From the NCBI GenBank assembly GCA_017545535.1, contig JAFWMS010000021.1, positions 129,399 through 193,398 of the forward strand: a DNA stretch of 64,000 bases, written 5' to 3'. The notes under the pieces are model-generated. The model ran no database searches. It was not told the DNA's origin and saw only the letters and a list, made by a program, of their open reading frames with translations. Below are positions 28,955 to 37,298 of this stretch, one piece after another. The stretch comes from Clostridia bacterium (GTDB taxonomy: Bacteria > Bacillota > Clostridia > Christensenellales > CAG-138). A program made the translations under genes and the position numbers. Every line of letters starts with the position of its first letter. The stretch's first letter is position 1.

Positions 28955-30301
28955 TCAGCCCAACAGCCGGGCCACCTCGCGTTTCCCGTCCCGATAGAGT
29001 CGCTCCTCGTTCACGTTCATCAGTCTCCCTCCCTCTACGGTGAGCTGCCCATTGACGAAGACCAGGTCGCAGGGCTTGTGGTACCCCACGTTCCCAAACA
29101 GATCCTTTTCGTCCAGCTCCGCACAAAGCAGGTCCGGCTGCTCCCTGCGGATGAGGAAGCAGTCTGCCTGCTTGCCCGTCTCCAGGGAGCCGATGTCCTC
29201 CCGTCCCAAAAGGGCGGCGCTGCCCGCCGTGGCCATCTTCAGCAGCTCGTATCCACTGGGCGCCTGTTCGCCCCAGGTGAGCCGATGGAGCAAGTAGGCC
29301 GTTCGGATCTCGTTCATCATGTTGCTGCCGTCGTTGCTGGCGGACCCATCCACGGCAAGCCCCACCTTCACGCCCCGGCGGAGCATATCCGGCACCCGGC
29401 AGACGCCGCTGTGAAGCTTCATGTTGGAGCAGGGACAGTGGGCCACGCCCGTCCCCGTAGCTGCCAACTGGTCCAGCTCCCCGTCGTTCATATGGATGCC
29501 GTGGGCGTACCACACGTCTTCCCCCAGCCAGCCAAGGGATTCCATATAGGCCACGGGCCGCATACCGAACCGGGACAGGGTGTAATTTTCCTCGTCCCTG
29601 GTCTCCCCCACGTGGGTGTGGAGGCGGACGCCGTACGCCCGGGCCAGCTTCGCGCTCTCCCGCATGAGATCCCCGCTGACGGAAAAGGGCGAGCAGGGCG
29701 CCAAAACAATATCATGCATATGGTCCTTCTCCGGATGATGATACCGCTCGATAAGCCGCTGACTGTCCGCCAGTATCTCGTCGATGGTCTGGACCACGCT
29801 GTCCGGCGGCAGGCCACCGTCCTTTTTCGACAGGTCCATGCTGCCCCGGGAGGCCACGAAACGGATGCCCAGCTCGTCCGCCGCCGCCATCTGTCGGGCG
29901 ATCAGGTCTCCGGCGCCCTTGGGGAACACGTAGTGATGATCGAAGCAGGTGGTGCAGCCGTAGCGCATGAGTTCCCCCATGGCCGCCAGGGAGGATAGAT
30001 ACACCGTGTCCTCGTTCAGATTTTTCCATATTTCATACAGCGTCCTGAGCCAGTCGAATAGCTCCATGCCCTGGACCCGCTCCAGGCTCCGGGTGAAATA
30101 CTGATACAGATGATGATGGGTGTTGACGAAGCCGGGATACAGGATCATGCCCCGGCAATCAAAGGTTTTATCAGCATTCCCGGCGAAGGTCCCGATCCCC
30201 TCGATCTTTCCGTCACAAAACCACACATCCGCGTTTCGATACACCCGATCGTTCGGATCACAGCTGATCACCGTGTCCACCCCTTGCAGCAGCGTGCGCA
30301 T
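28955..30301 (-). CDS. amidohydrolase superfamily deaminase (8-oxoguanine deaminase / chlorohydrolase subgroup)
   Basis: 448 aa. PGFVNTHHHLYQ metal ligands, HTHVGET, and AVDGSASND near the C-terminus. Confidence 0.75.
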   Translation of the reverse strand: MRTLLQGVDTVISCDPNDRVYRNADVWFCDGKIEGIGTFAGNADKTFDCRGMILYPGFVNTHHHLYQYFTRSLERVQGMELFDWLRTLYEIWKNLNEDTVYLSSLAAMGELMRYGCTTCFDHHYVFPKGAGDLIARQMAAADELGIRFVASRGSMDLSKKDGGLPPDSVVQTIDEILADSQRLIERYHHPEKDHMHDIVLAPCSPFSVSGDLMRESAKLARAYGVRLHTHVGETRDEENYTLSRFGMRPVAYMESLGWLGEDVWYAHGIHMNDGELDQLAATGTGVAHCPCSNMKLHSGVCRVPDMLRRGVKVGLAVDGSASNDGSNMMNEIRTAYLLHRLTWGEQAPSGYELLKMATAGSAALLGREDIGSLETGKQADCFLIRREQPDLLCAELDEKDLFGNVGYHKPCDLVFVNGQLTVEGGRLMNVNEERLYRDGKREVARLLG

Positions 30302-30448
30302 GCTTCCACCTCCCTTTTGGATATGAGTATATCACATTCTCTGCAAAGCAACAGCCGTAATTTGCTCTGCTCGATGATTTTGTGTCGTGCTGCAGCACAG
30401 CCGCCTCCGGCACATTCATGTCCCTGGCCCGGGGCTCTCTCCCCTGCT

Positions 30449-31438
30449 CTATTGCGCCATACTGCCGTTCTCGTCAGCGATTTTCGTGTTGAGCATGGCT
30501 TCCTTTGCGGCGTTCAATACGTCGGCCTGCAATTCCTCAGTTTCTTCCTCCGTCGCAATACCGGCGTCGTACCTCTCGGCCAGGGGCATGTAGTCGTCGT
30601 CCAAAGAATATCGGATGCTGTTTTTCTCCTTAAAAGAGTTGACTTCCTTCTTGAACTGTGCTACATTTTTATTGAGGGAAGCCGCTGTTATATTACCCAT
30701 GCTTACTGTATGGGCAATCACTGATGGGGTGCCCTCTTTTTCTTTGTCAAATTGCAGCACCCTTCCAGATTCTATGGCTTTTTGTATTATTTCCGAATAC
30801 CCATCGCGGCCTTCTGAGCCAGTCCACCCACGCTCTGCGATTGTCAACACAATATGAGGCCTTCTGTCAAAGCTTCCGTTTATATCATGATTCGCATAAA
30901 GCTCAAGCCCGGCATACAAAGGCGCACCGTTTTCTCCGTTCTGATTTAGAATCATAAGCATTGACGGATTACCGCGTTTTGATGTTTCTCCAATCGTAAG
31001 CACAGGGTCTTTTATCGATAGAATAGCATCAATATAAGCGTCTTCACCTATATCGTGGTAGTGTGCCCTCGGATTGTATCTGCCATCAGCTTTTGCTCTT
31101 TCTGCGTTCACTATGTTTTCATACGCATGATTCCTGTATACATATAGTTTCCCATCAATTCCAGTAACAGAGGAAATGCTTGAAGGAATCTCGCCAATTT
31201 GAACAAGGTTATCTTGCCCGGCGTCTTTGTGATCAAGCGCGTCATACACTGCGTTCCTAACTGTTTTTTCGTTCAGCAGAGAATCATCGAGCATATACCG
31301 TGTTTCGTCCACTTGCTCCGCGCTCTTCCCCTCCACCATGCTCTGCACGGCGTCAAGGAACTCACCCACCTGCGAGCTCACAAGATCCTCGTGCTGGCTC
31401 TTGTACAAGCCGTCGAAGCACTTGCAATCGCTGGTCAT
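30449..31438 (-). CDS. hypothetical protein (329 aa), orphan, central part of low GC
   Basis: Single long ORF MTSDCKCFDGLYKSQHEDL...VYRNHAYENIV...PRAHYHDIGED...YANHDINGSFDRRPHIVLT... No family recognised with confidence. Confidence 0.6.
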   Translation of the reverse strand: MTSDCKCFDGLYKSQHEDLVSSQVGEFLDAVQSMVEGKSAEQVDETRYMLDDSLLNEKTVRNAVYDALDHKDAGQDNLVQIGEIPSSISSVTGIDGKLYVYRNHAYENIVNAERAKADGRYNPRAHYHDIGEDAYIDAILSIKDPVLTIGETSKRGNPSMLMILNQNGENGAPLYAGLELYANHDINGSFDRRPHIVLTIAERGWTGSEGRDGYSEIIQKAIESGRVLQFDKEKEGTPSVIAHTVSMGNITAASLNKNVAQFKKEVNSFKEKNSIRYSLDDDYMPLAERYDAGIATEEETEELQADVLNAAKEAMLNTKIADENGSMAQ

Positions 31439-31488
31439 GCTGTCGATAAACGCCTCCTGTCCAACGGTCCGTTCAATTCATTTCAGGC

Positions 31489-31517
31489 TTGTTTTATCCA
31501 AATGCTCTTGGTATAAT
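31489..31517 (+). promoter_or_regulatory. sigma-A type promoter of the ecfA1-ecfA2-ecfT-truA-tadA operon
   Basis: TTGTTT-17 nt-TATAAT with a TGG extension. Confidence 0.65.
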
Positions 31518-31540
31518 GAAATAGTTTTGGAGGAGAGTCA

Positions 31541-32362
31541 ATGATCGAGATACAAGGCGTTACATTCCGATACGACGACGAGGGGCCTGAGGTGCTCAAG
31601 GGCGTGGATCTCACCATTCCCGACGGCATCTTTCTTGTGATCGCCGGGCACAACGGAAGCGGCAAAAGCACCCTATCCAAGCACATCAACGGGCTTCTGC
31701 TCCCGACGGCTGGCCAGGTGCTGGTGAACGGGCTGGATACGAAGAACGAAGGGGATCTGCTGGCTATCCGACAGCAGGTGGGCATGGTGTTCCAGAACCC
31801 GGACAATCAGCTGGTCACCACCATCGTGGAGGAAGACGTGGCCTTCGGCCCGGAGAATCTGGGCGTTCCTTCCCCCGAGATCAGGGACCGGGTGGATGCC
31901 GCGCTGAAAAAGGTTGGTATGTCCGCCTATGCGGGCAGCGCCGCCCACCGCCTCTCCGGCGGACAAAAGCAGCGGATCGCCATCGCCGGGATGCTGGCCA
32001 TGGAGCCACAGATCCTGATCTTGGACGAGGCCACCGCCATGCTGGACCCCAAGGGCCGGGAGGAGCTCCTGTCCACGGTCTACGCCCTGAACCGAAAGAA
32101 CCACATGACCGTGGTCATGATCACCCAGTATATGGAGGAGGCGGTCATGGCGGACCGGCTGGTGGTCATGAGCGACGGACAGATCGTCATGGACGACACG
32201 CCCACGAACGTCTTCACCCGAGGCGATGAGTTGCGCGCCCTCGGCCTCGACGTGCCTGAGATCGTGCGCATCCGGGAGGACCTTGCCATAAAAGGCATCT
32301 CCCTTCCCTCTTCCGTTTTGACCGATGAACAGCTTGCGGAGGCACTATGCCCATTGTTTTAG
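31541..32362 (+). CDS. ecfA1: energy-coupling factor transporter ATPase
   Basis: 273 aa. Walker A GHNGSGKST, LSGGQKQRIAIAG, ILILDEAT. Confidence 0.9.
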   Translation: MIEIQGVTFRYDDEGPEVLKGVDLTIPDGIFLVIAGHNGSGKSTLSKHINGLLLPTAGQVLVNGLDTKNEGDLLAIRQQVGMVFQNPDNQLVTTIVEEDVAFGPENLGVPSPEIRDRVDAALKKVGMSAYAGSAAHRLSGGQKQRIAIAGMLAMEPQILILDEATAMLDPKGREELLSTVYALNRKNHMTVVMITQYMEEAVMADRLVVMSDGQIVMDDTPTNVFTRGDELRALGLDVPEIVRIREDLAIKGISLPSSVLTDEQLAEALCPLF

Positions 32363-33192
32363 ACCATCTTTCCCATACCTATTTTGACGGCACCACCTCC
32401 GTCCCCGCGGTGAAGGACGTGAGCTTTGAGATACGGGAAGGCGAGTTCCTTTCCATCATCGGCCACACCGGCTGCGGCAAGACCACCATGGTCCAGCATC
32501 TCAACGGGCTCCTGCTCCCCAGCAGCGGCCGCGTGCTGGTGGACGGCATGGACACGGCGGACAAAAAGCTCCGCCCCGCCATCCGCTCCCTGGTGGGCAT
32601 GGTGTTCCAGTATCCGGAGTATCAGCTCTTTGCCGACACGGTCCGGGAGGACGTGGGCTTTGGCCCCAAGAACATGAAGCTTTCTGAGGACGAAATCGCC
32701 CTCCGGGTCAGCGAAGCCATGGCCATGGTGGGTCTGTCCCTGGAAGAGTTTGGGGAGAAATCCCCCTTCGAGCTGTCCGGCGGCGAAAAACGGCGGGCGG
32801 CCCTGGCGGGCATTTTGGCCATGCGGCCCAAGTATCTGGTGCTGGACGAGCCCATGGCCGGCCTTGATCCCCAGGGGCGGCAAAGCATCCTCGGAATGCT
32901 GGAAAAGCTCCGGCAGGAGACGGGCTGCAGCATCATCATGGTCTCCCACTCCATGGAGGACGTGGCTCGCCATGCGGACCGCATCCTGGTCATGAACCGG
33001 GGCGAGGTCATGTATCTTGATACGCCGAAGGCCGTCTTCTCCCACAGCGATGAGCTCGCCGAAATGGGCCTCTCCCTGCCCGCTCCCTGCCGGGTGGCTG
33101 CACTCCTTCGCGCCAAAGGCAAGGACGTGCCCCTGGACATTTGCACCCGGGAGGACCTGGAGGATAGTTTGCTGAGGAGGATGGGCGCATGA
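32347..33192 (+). CDS. ecfA2: energy-coupling factor transporter ATPase
   Basis: 281 aa. GHTGCGKTT, LSGGEKRRAALAG, YLVLDEP. Confidence 0.9.
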   Translation: MPIVLDHLSHTYFDGTTSVPAVKDVSFEIREGEFLSIIGHTGCGKTTMVQHLNGLLLPSSGRVLVDGMDTADKKLRPAIRSLVGMVFQYPEYQLFADTVREDVGFGPKNMKLSEDEIALRVSEAMAMVGLSLEEFGEKSPFELSGGEKRRAALAGILAMRPKYLVLDEPMAGLDPQGRQSILGMLEKLRQETGCSIIMVSHSMEDVARHADRILVMNRGEVMYLDTPKAVFSHSDELAEMGLSLPAPCRVAALLRAKGKDVPLDICTREDLEDSLLRRMGA

Positions 33193-34001
33193 CGGACATC
33201 ACCCTGGGTCAATTCATCCCCGGCAATTCCTGCATCCATCGGCTGGACCCCCGGACGAAAATCATTTTGATGCTGGTCTATATCGTCATGGTCTTCCTGG
33301 TCAAGTCCCTGGTGCTGTTCGCCGTGCCGCTGATCTATGTGCTCCTTTGCCTGGGGCTGGGGCACATTTCCTTCAGCTATTTCGGCAAGGCCATCAAGCC
33401 AATCCGCTTTCTGCTGGTGCTCATGTTCCTGCTGAACCTGTTCATCACTCCCGGGGAGGAAGTGCTGTTCAGCTGGAAGTTCATCACCGTCACGGAGGAA
33501 GGGCTTTTACAGGCAGTCTTTATCTCCCTGCGGCTCATCCTGCTGGTGACGGGCGCCTCCATCATGACGCTGACCACCTCCCCCATCGCCCTGACGGACG
33601 GATTGGAGCGGATGCTCTCGCCGCTCAAGGTGTTCAAATTCCCCGCCCATGAACTCGCTATGATGATGACCATCGCCCTGCGCTTTATCCCCACGCTCAT
33701 GGAGGAAGCGGACAAGATCCGCAAAGCCCAGATGGCCCGGGGCGCGGACTTTGAGTCAGGCAATCTCATCGCCAGGGCCAAGGCCATGATCCCCATCCTG
33801 ATCCCCCTGTTCGTCTCCGCGTTCCGGCGGGCGGACGAGCTGGCCATGGCCATGGAATCCCGGTGCTATCACGGGGGCGAAGGTAGGACCAAACTCCATC
33901 AGCTGAAGTTCAAAACGAGCGACCTTCTGGCGGTCCTGATCACGCTGGCGTTCATCGTCTTCATCCTGCTGATGCAGCGATTTTTCCCGGGGCTCATCTG
34001 A
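33189..34001 (+). CDS. ecfT: energy-coupling factor transporter transmembrane component
   Basis: 270 aa polytopic protein with RFIPTLMEEADKIRKAQMARG (EcfT coupling helices). ATGA overlap with ecfA2. Confidence 0.9.
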   Translation: MTDITLGQFIPGNSCIHRLDPRTKIILMLVYIVMVFLVKSLVLFAVPLIYVLLCLGLGHISFSYFGKAIKPIRFLLVLMFLLNLFITPGEEVLFSWKFITVTEEGLLQAVFISLRLILLVTGASIMTLTTSPIALTDGLERMLSPLKVFKFPAHELAMMMTIALRFIPTLMEEADKIRKAQMARGADFESGNLIARAKAMIPILIPLFVSAFRRADELAMAMESRCYHGGEGRTKLHQLKFKTSDLLAVLITLAFIVFILLMQRFFPGLI

Positions 34002-34002
34002 T

Positions 34003-34776
34003 ATGCGGCGCATTCGGACCATAATCGCATACGACGGCACGGACTACGTGGGCTGGCAGACCCAGAATAACGGCATCGCCGTCCAGGAAAAGGTGGAGCA
34101 GGCCATCTTTGAGGTCACCGGCCAGCGCAGTAGCCTTCAGGGAAGCGGCCGCACGGACTCCGGCGTCCATGCCCGGGCCCAGGTGGCTCACTTCGACACG
34201 GACGTGCGCATGGCGGCAGACAAGTTCGCCATCGCATTGAACACCCATCTGCCAGCAGACATCCGCGTGCTCTATTCTGAGGAAACCACCCCGGAATTCC
34301 ACGCCCGCTTCTCCGCCAAGGAAAAGCAATACCGCTACTTCGTGCAGACCGGTCCCCACGCGGACGTGTTCAGCCGAAAGTATTCCCTGCACGCATATAT
34401 GCCCCTCGATCTTGACCTCATGAACGAGGCGGCTGCCCTGGTGGTGGGCACCCACGACTTTTCCGCCTTCATGTCCACGGGCCGGGAGGTAGAGACCGCC
34501 GTGCGGACCGTGAGCCTGTCCCGATGGGAAAAGCAGGGCAAATTTCTGATCTATTCCGTCCAGGGCAACGGGTTCCTCTATAACATGGTCCGCATCCTGG
34601 TGGGCACCATGCTGGGCATGGGCAGCGGCCGCCTTCCCCGGGACAGCATGGAAAGGGCCCTCCTCTCCCTCTCCCGCAAGGATGCCGGTCCCACGGCCCC
34701 GCCCCACGGGCTGGTGCTGTGGCGGGTGAAGTATCCCGACTTCGATACGGAGGAGGTGCTCAGCCGTGTCCCATGA
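34003..34776 (+). CDS. truA: tRNA pseudouridine(38-40) synthase
   Basis: 257 aa. YDGTDYVGWQ and GSGRTDSGVHA (catalytic Asp). Confidence 0.9.
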   Translation: MRRIRTIIAYDGTDYVGWQTQNNGIAVQEKVEQAIFEVTGQRSSLQGSGRTDSGVHARAQVAHFDTDVRMAADKFAIALNTHLPADIRVLYSEETTPEFHARFSAKEKQYRYFVQTGPHADVFSRKYSLHAYMPLDLDLMNEAAALVVGTHDFSAFMSTGREVETAVRTVSLSRWEKQGKFLIYSVQGNGFLYNMVRILVGTMLGMGSGRLPRDSMERALLSLSRKDAGPTAPPHGLVLWRVKYPDFDTEEVLSRVP

Positions 34777-35206
34777 CGAGCGTTGGATGATGGAAGCGAT
34801 ACGGGAAGCCCAGGCCGCCCTCCGGGAGGACGAGGTCCCCGTGGGCACCGTCGTCGTCAGAGACGACAAGATCGTCGCCCGGGCCCACAACCTCTCCCAA
34901 CAGAAGGGGGATCCTACCCAGCATGCTGAACTTTTGGCCCTGCAGCAGGCACAAAAGGCAGTGGGCTCCCTCGACCGCTGTACCCTGTACGTGACCATGG
35001 AGCCCTGCGCTATGTGCGCCGGGGCCATGGTGTTGATGAAGCTCCCCCGGCTGGTGTTCGGCGCCTTCGATCCAAGCTGCGGCTGCACCGGCTCGAGAGT
35101 GGATCTGACGGACCACTGGTTCTACCACTCCGTAGAGACCTGGGGCGGGGTCCTGGCAAAAGACTGCGCCGCCCTGCTTACCGAATTCTTTCAAAGAAAG
35201 CGTTGA
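34766..35206 (+). CDS. tadA: tRNA adenosine(34) deaminase
   Basis: 146 aa. GTG start with a GGAGGAGG RBS. HAELLAL...PCAMCAGA deaminase zinc motifs. Confidence 0.88.
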   Translation: MSHDERWMMEAIREAQAALREDEVPVGTVVVRDDKIVARAHNLSQQKGDPTQHAELLALQQAQKAVGSLDRCTLYVTMEPCAMCAGAMVLMKLPRLVFGAFDPSCGCTGSRVDLTDHWFYHSVETWGGVLAKDCAALLTEFFQRKR

Positions 35207-35242
35207 TTTTTTCAAACCGATACGGTATACTACCCTCTGCTT

Positions 35243-35331
35243 GGAGACGTATCGAAGTGGTCATAACGGGGCTGACTCGAAATCAGTTTGCGTGAAAGCG
35301 CACGTGGGTTCGAATCCCACCGTCTCCGCCA
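35243..35331 (+). tRNA. tRNA-Ser (anticodon CGA), CCA encoded
   Basis: GGAGACGTATCGAAGTGGTCATAACGGGGCTGACTCGAAATCAGTTTGCGTGAAAGCGCACGTGGGTTCGAATCCCACCGTCTCCGCCA. Anticodon loop CTCGAAA, long variable arm. Confidence 0.92.
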
Positions 35332-35334
35332 AAA

Positions 35335-35367
35335 ACAAAGGCCATCCCTGCGGTGGCCTTTGTTTTT
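35335..35367 (+). terminator. rho-independent terminator after tRNA-Ser(CGA)
   Basis: ACAAAGGCCA / TGGCCTTTGT followed by TTTT. Confidence 0.8.
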
Positions 35368-35374
35368 GGCTTTT

Positions 35375-35396
35375 GGAGACGGTGGGGTTCGAAGCC
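35375..35396 (+). repeat. inverted partial copy of the tRNA-Ser(CGA) 3' end
   Basis: GGAGACGGTGGGGTTCGAAGCC matches the exact complement GGAGACGGTGGGATTCGAACCC at 20 of 22 positions. Confidence 0.8.
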
Positions 35397-35487
35397 GCGT
35401 TAAGAAAACGCCACAGTGCGGCGTTTTCAGCGGCAGGGGCAGAATTCCACCCCGTCATACGCTCAATCTCCTGGGGGCTGTATAGCA

Positions 35488-35508
35488 GAGACGGTGGAAT
35501 CCGGACCC
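35488..35508 (+). repeat. second, more degenerate inverted copy of the tRNA-Ser(CGA) 3' end
   Basis: GAGACGGTGGAATCCGGACCC matches GAGACGGTGGGATTCGAACCC at 18 of 21 positions. Confidence 0.6.
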
Positions 35509-35510
35509 AC

Positions 35511-35539
35511 TTGACATATCCCTTCTATCCCCTTATACT
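35511..35539 (+). promoter_or_regulatory. consensus-like sigma-A promoter of the ABC-F gene
   Basis: TTGACA (35511-35516)-17 nt-TATACT (35534-35539). It leaves a leader of about 170 nt. Confidence 0.7.
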
Positions 35540-35718
35540 GATCATATAAACCAAAGGAGCACTTCAATCAAGGCATGCGCAACTGATCGATTTTGAACGC
35601 TACAACATCCCTATCGGCACGAGAGTGTCGAATTGTGTGTGCGCTCAAACGATCACGACCGCAGGCTTTTTCTATTCTGCCGGATGTGTTTTTGAGCGCG
35701 TAAAACCAGGAGGCAGAC

Positions 35719-37251
35719 ATGTTGATACTCAGAAATGTGACCATACGATCCAGAAAGGACGACCGCCTGTTGGTGGACGACCTTTCCTTCACGCTGCACG
35801 CCGGCGAACGTGCCGCCCTCATCGGCGAGGAGGGGAACGGCAAGTCAACGCTTCTCAAATGGATATTCGATCCTAAGATGGTCGAAGGATATGCGGAGGC
35901 GTCCGGCCAGTGCGTCGTGGATGGAAAGCTGGGCTATCTCCCCCAGGAGCTGCCCGGGGAGGATACCGATCTTCCCGTCTGCGCCTATTTGGAGGGTGCT
36001 TGCGGCTATTACACCCTGTCCCCCCGGGAGGTGAACGACGTGGCCCATCGCCTTGGCCTCTCCCCCGCTTTGTTTGATGAGACGCGGCCTATGGGCACCC
36101 TTTCCGGCGGTGAACGGGTGAAGGTCCAGCTGGCCGCCCTGCTCCTCAGCCGATGCGATATCCTGCTTTTGGACGAACCTTCCAACGACCTGGACATTGA
36201 AACATTGGAATGGCTCTCTGGCTTTATGAACGCCTTTCCCGGCGCCGTGCTCTACATCTCCCATGACGAGGTGCTGTTGGAGGAGACGGCGGATACCATC
36301 GTCCATCTGGAGCAGGTTCGCCGCAAGACCATCTGCCGCTGCACCGTGTCCAGAGAAGGCTACCGGGCCTATATGGACCAGCGGGCCCGGCAGTTCGCCC
36401 ATCAGGAGCAGGTGGCCCGATTCGAGAAGGCAGATTTTCAAAAGAAGAAGGACCGGTATTTATCCATCTACAATGCGGTAGAACACGCGCAGGAAAGTCT
36501 CACCCGACAGGATCCATCCACTGGCAGACTGTTGAAAAAGAAGATGCACACGGTGAAGTCCATGGGCCGCCGCCTGGACAAGGAGGAGGAAAGCCTGACG
36601 CAACTGCCGGAAGCTGAATGGGCCATCCTGCCCAAGTGGGAGCCCGGCATTGAGCTCAGCCGGGGCAAGGTAGTTTTGGACTATTCCCTGGACGAGCTGC
36701 GCATCGAGGACAGGCTGTTGTCGCAAGACGTTCACCTGAAGATCGTGGGCCCGGAGAAGGTGTGCATTTTAGGGCCCAACGGCTGCGGCAAGAGCACTCT
36801 TATGGACCAAATCGCTCAGGAACTGCTGTCCCGCAAGGATATCCGCTGCACCTACATGCCCCAGCGATACGGGGAAGGCGTCAGCTACGGCATGAAGCCG
36901 GAGGAGTATTTGGCCCCCGACGGAGACAAGGAAAGCGTCACCAAGGCCCGCATCTATCTGGGCAGCATGAAGTATACCACGGAGGAGATGAGCCATCCGG
37001 TCAGCGACCTTTCCGGCGGACAGCGGGCTAAGCTCCTGCTGCTCAAGGCGATTTTGAACAAAAGCAACGTGCTCCTCCTGGACGAGCCCACCCGAAACTT
37101 CAGCCCCCTCTCCTGCCCCGCCGTGCGGCAGCTCCTCGTCTCCTTCCCAGGATGCATCCTGTCCGTATCCCACGATCGGCGCTATATCGAGGAGGTGACG
37201 CCGGTCCTGTATACCCTCACAGAAAATGGATTAAAGCGGATCTACCGATAA
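35719..37251 (+). CDS. ABC-F family ATPase (two ABC domains, no TM; possible ribosome-protection/ARE type)
   Basis: 510 aa. Walker A GEEGNGKST and GPNGCGKST, two LSGG signatures, charged interdomain linker (QKKKDRYLS...LLKKKMH). Confidence 0.85.
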   Translation: MLILRNVTIRSRKDDRLLVDDLSFTLHAGERAALIGEEGNGKSTLLKWIFDPKMVEGYAEASGQCVVDGKLGYLPQELPGEDTDLPVCAYLEGACGYYTLSPREVNDVAHRLGLSPALFDETRPMGTLSGGERVKVQLAALLLSRCDILLLDEPSNDLDIETLEWLSGFMNAFPGAVLYISHDEVLLEETADTIVHLEQVRRKTICRCTVSREGYRAYMDQRARQFAHQEQVARFEKADFQKKKDRYLSIYNAVEHAQESLTRQDPSTGRLLKKKMHTVKSMGRRLDKEEESLTQLPEAEWAILPKWEPGIELSRGKVVLDYSLDELRIEDRLLSQDVHLKIVGPEKVCILGPNGCGKSTLMDQIAQELLSRKDIRCTYMPQRYGEGVSYGMKPEEYLAPDGDKESVTKARIYLGSMKYTTEEMSHPVSDLSGGQRAKLLLLKAILNKSNVLLLDEPTRNFSPLSCPAVRQLLVSFPGCILSVSHDRRYIEEVTPVLYTLTENGLKRIYR

Positions 37252-37254
37252 CAA

Positions 37255-37284
37255 AAAGGAGGCACCCTGTAAGATGCCTCCTTT
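37255..37284. terminator. bidirectional terminator between convergent genes
   Basis: AAAGGAGGCA / TGCCTCCTTT, a 10-bp stem. Confidence 0.75.
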
Positions 37285-37298
37285 TCTACGCTTCAGGT

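Noticed and set aside
35575-35586. Three-codon leader peptide (MRN) as a proven attenuation peptide for the ABC-F gene
   Set aside because: The RBS spacing is poor (15 nt), and a mini-ORF this size is expected by chance. It is mentioned in a finding but not annotated.
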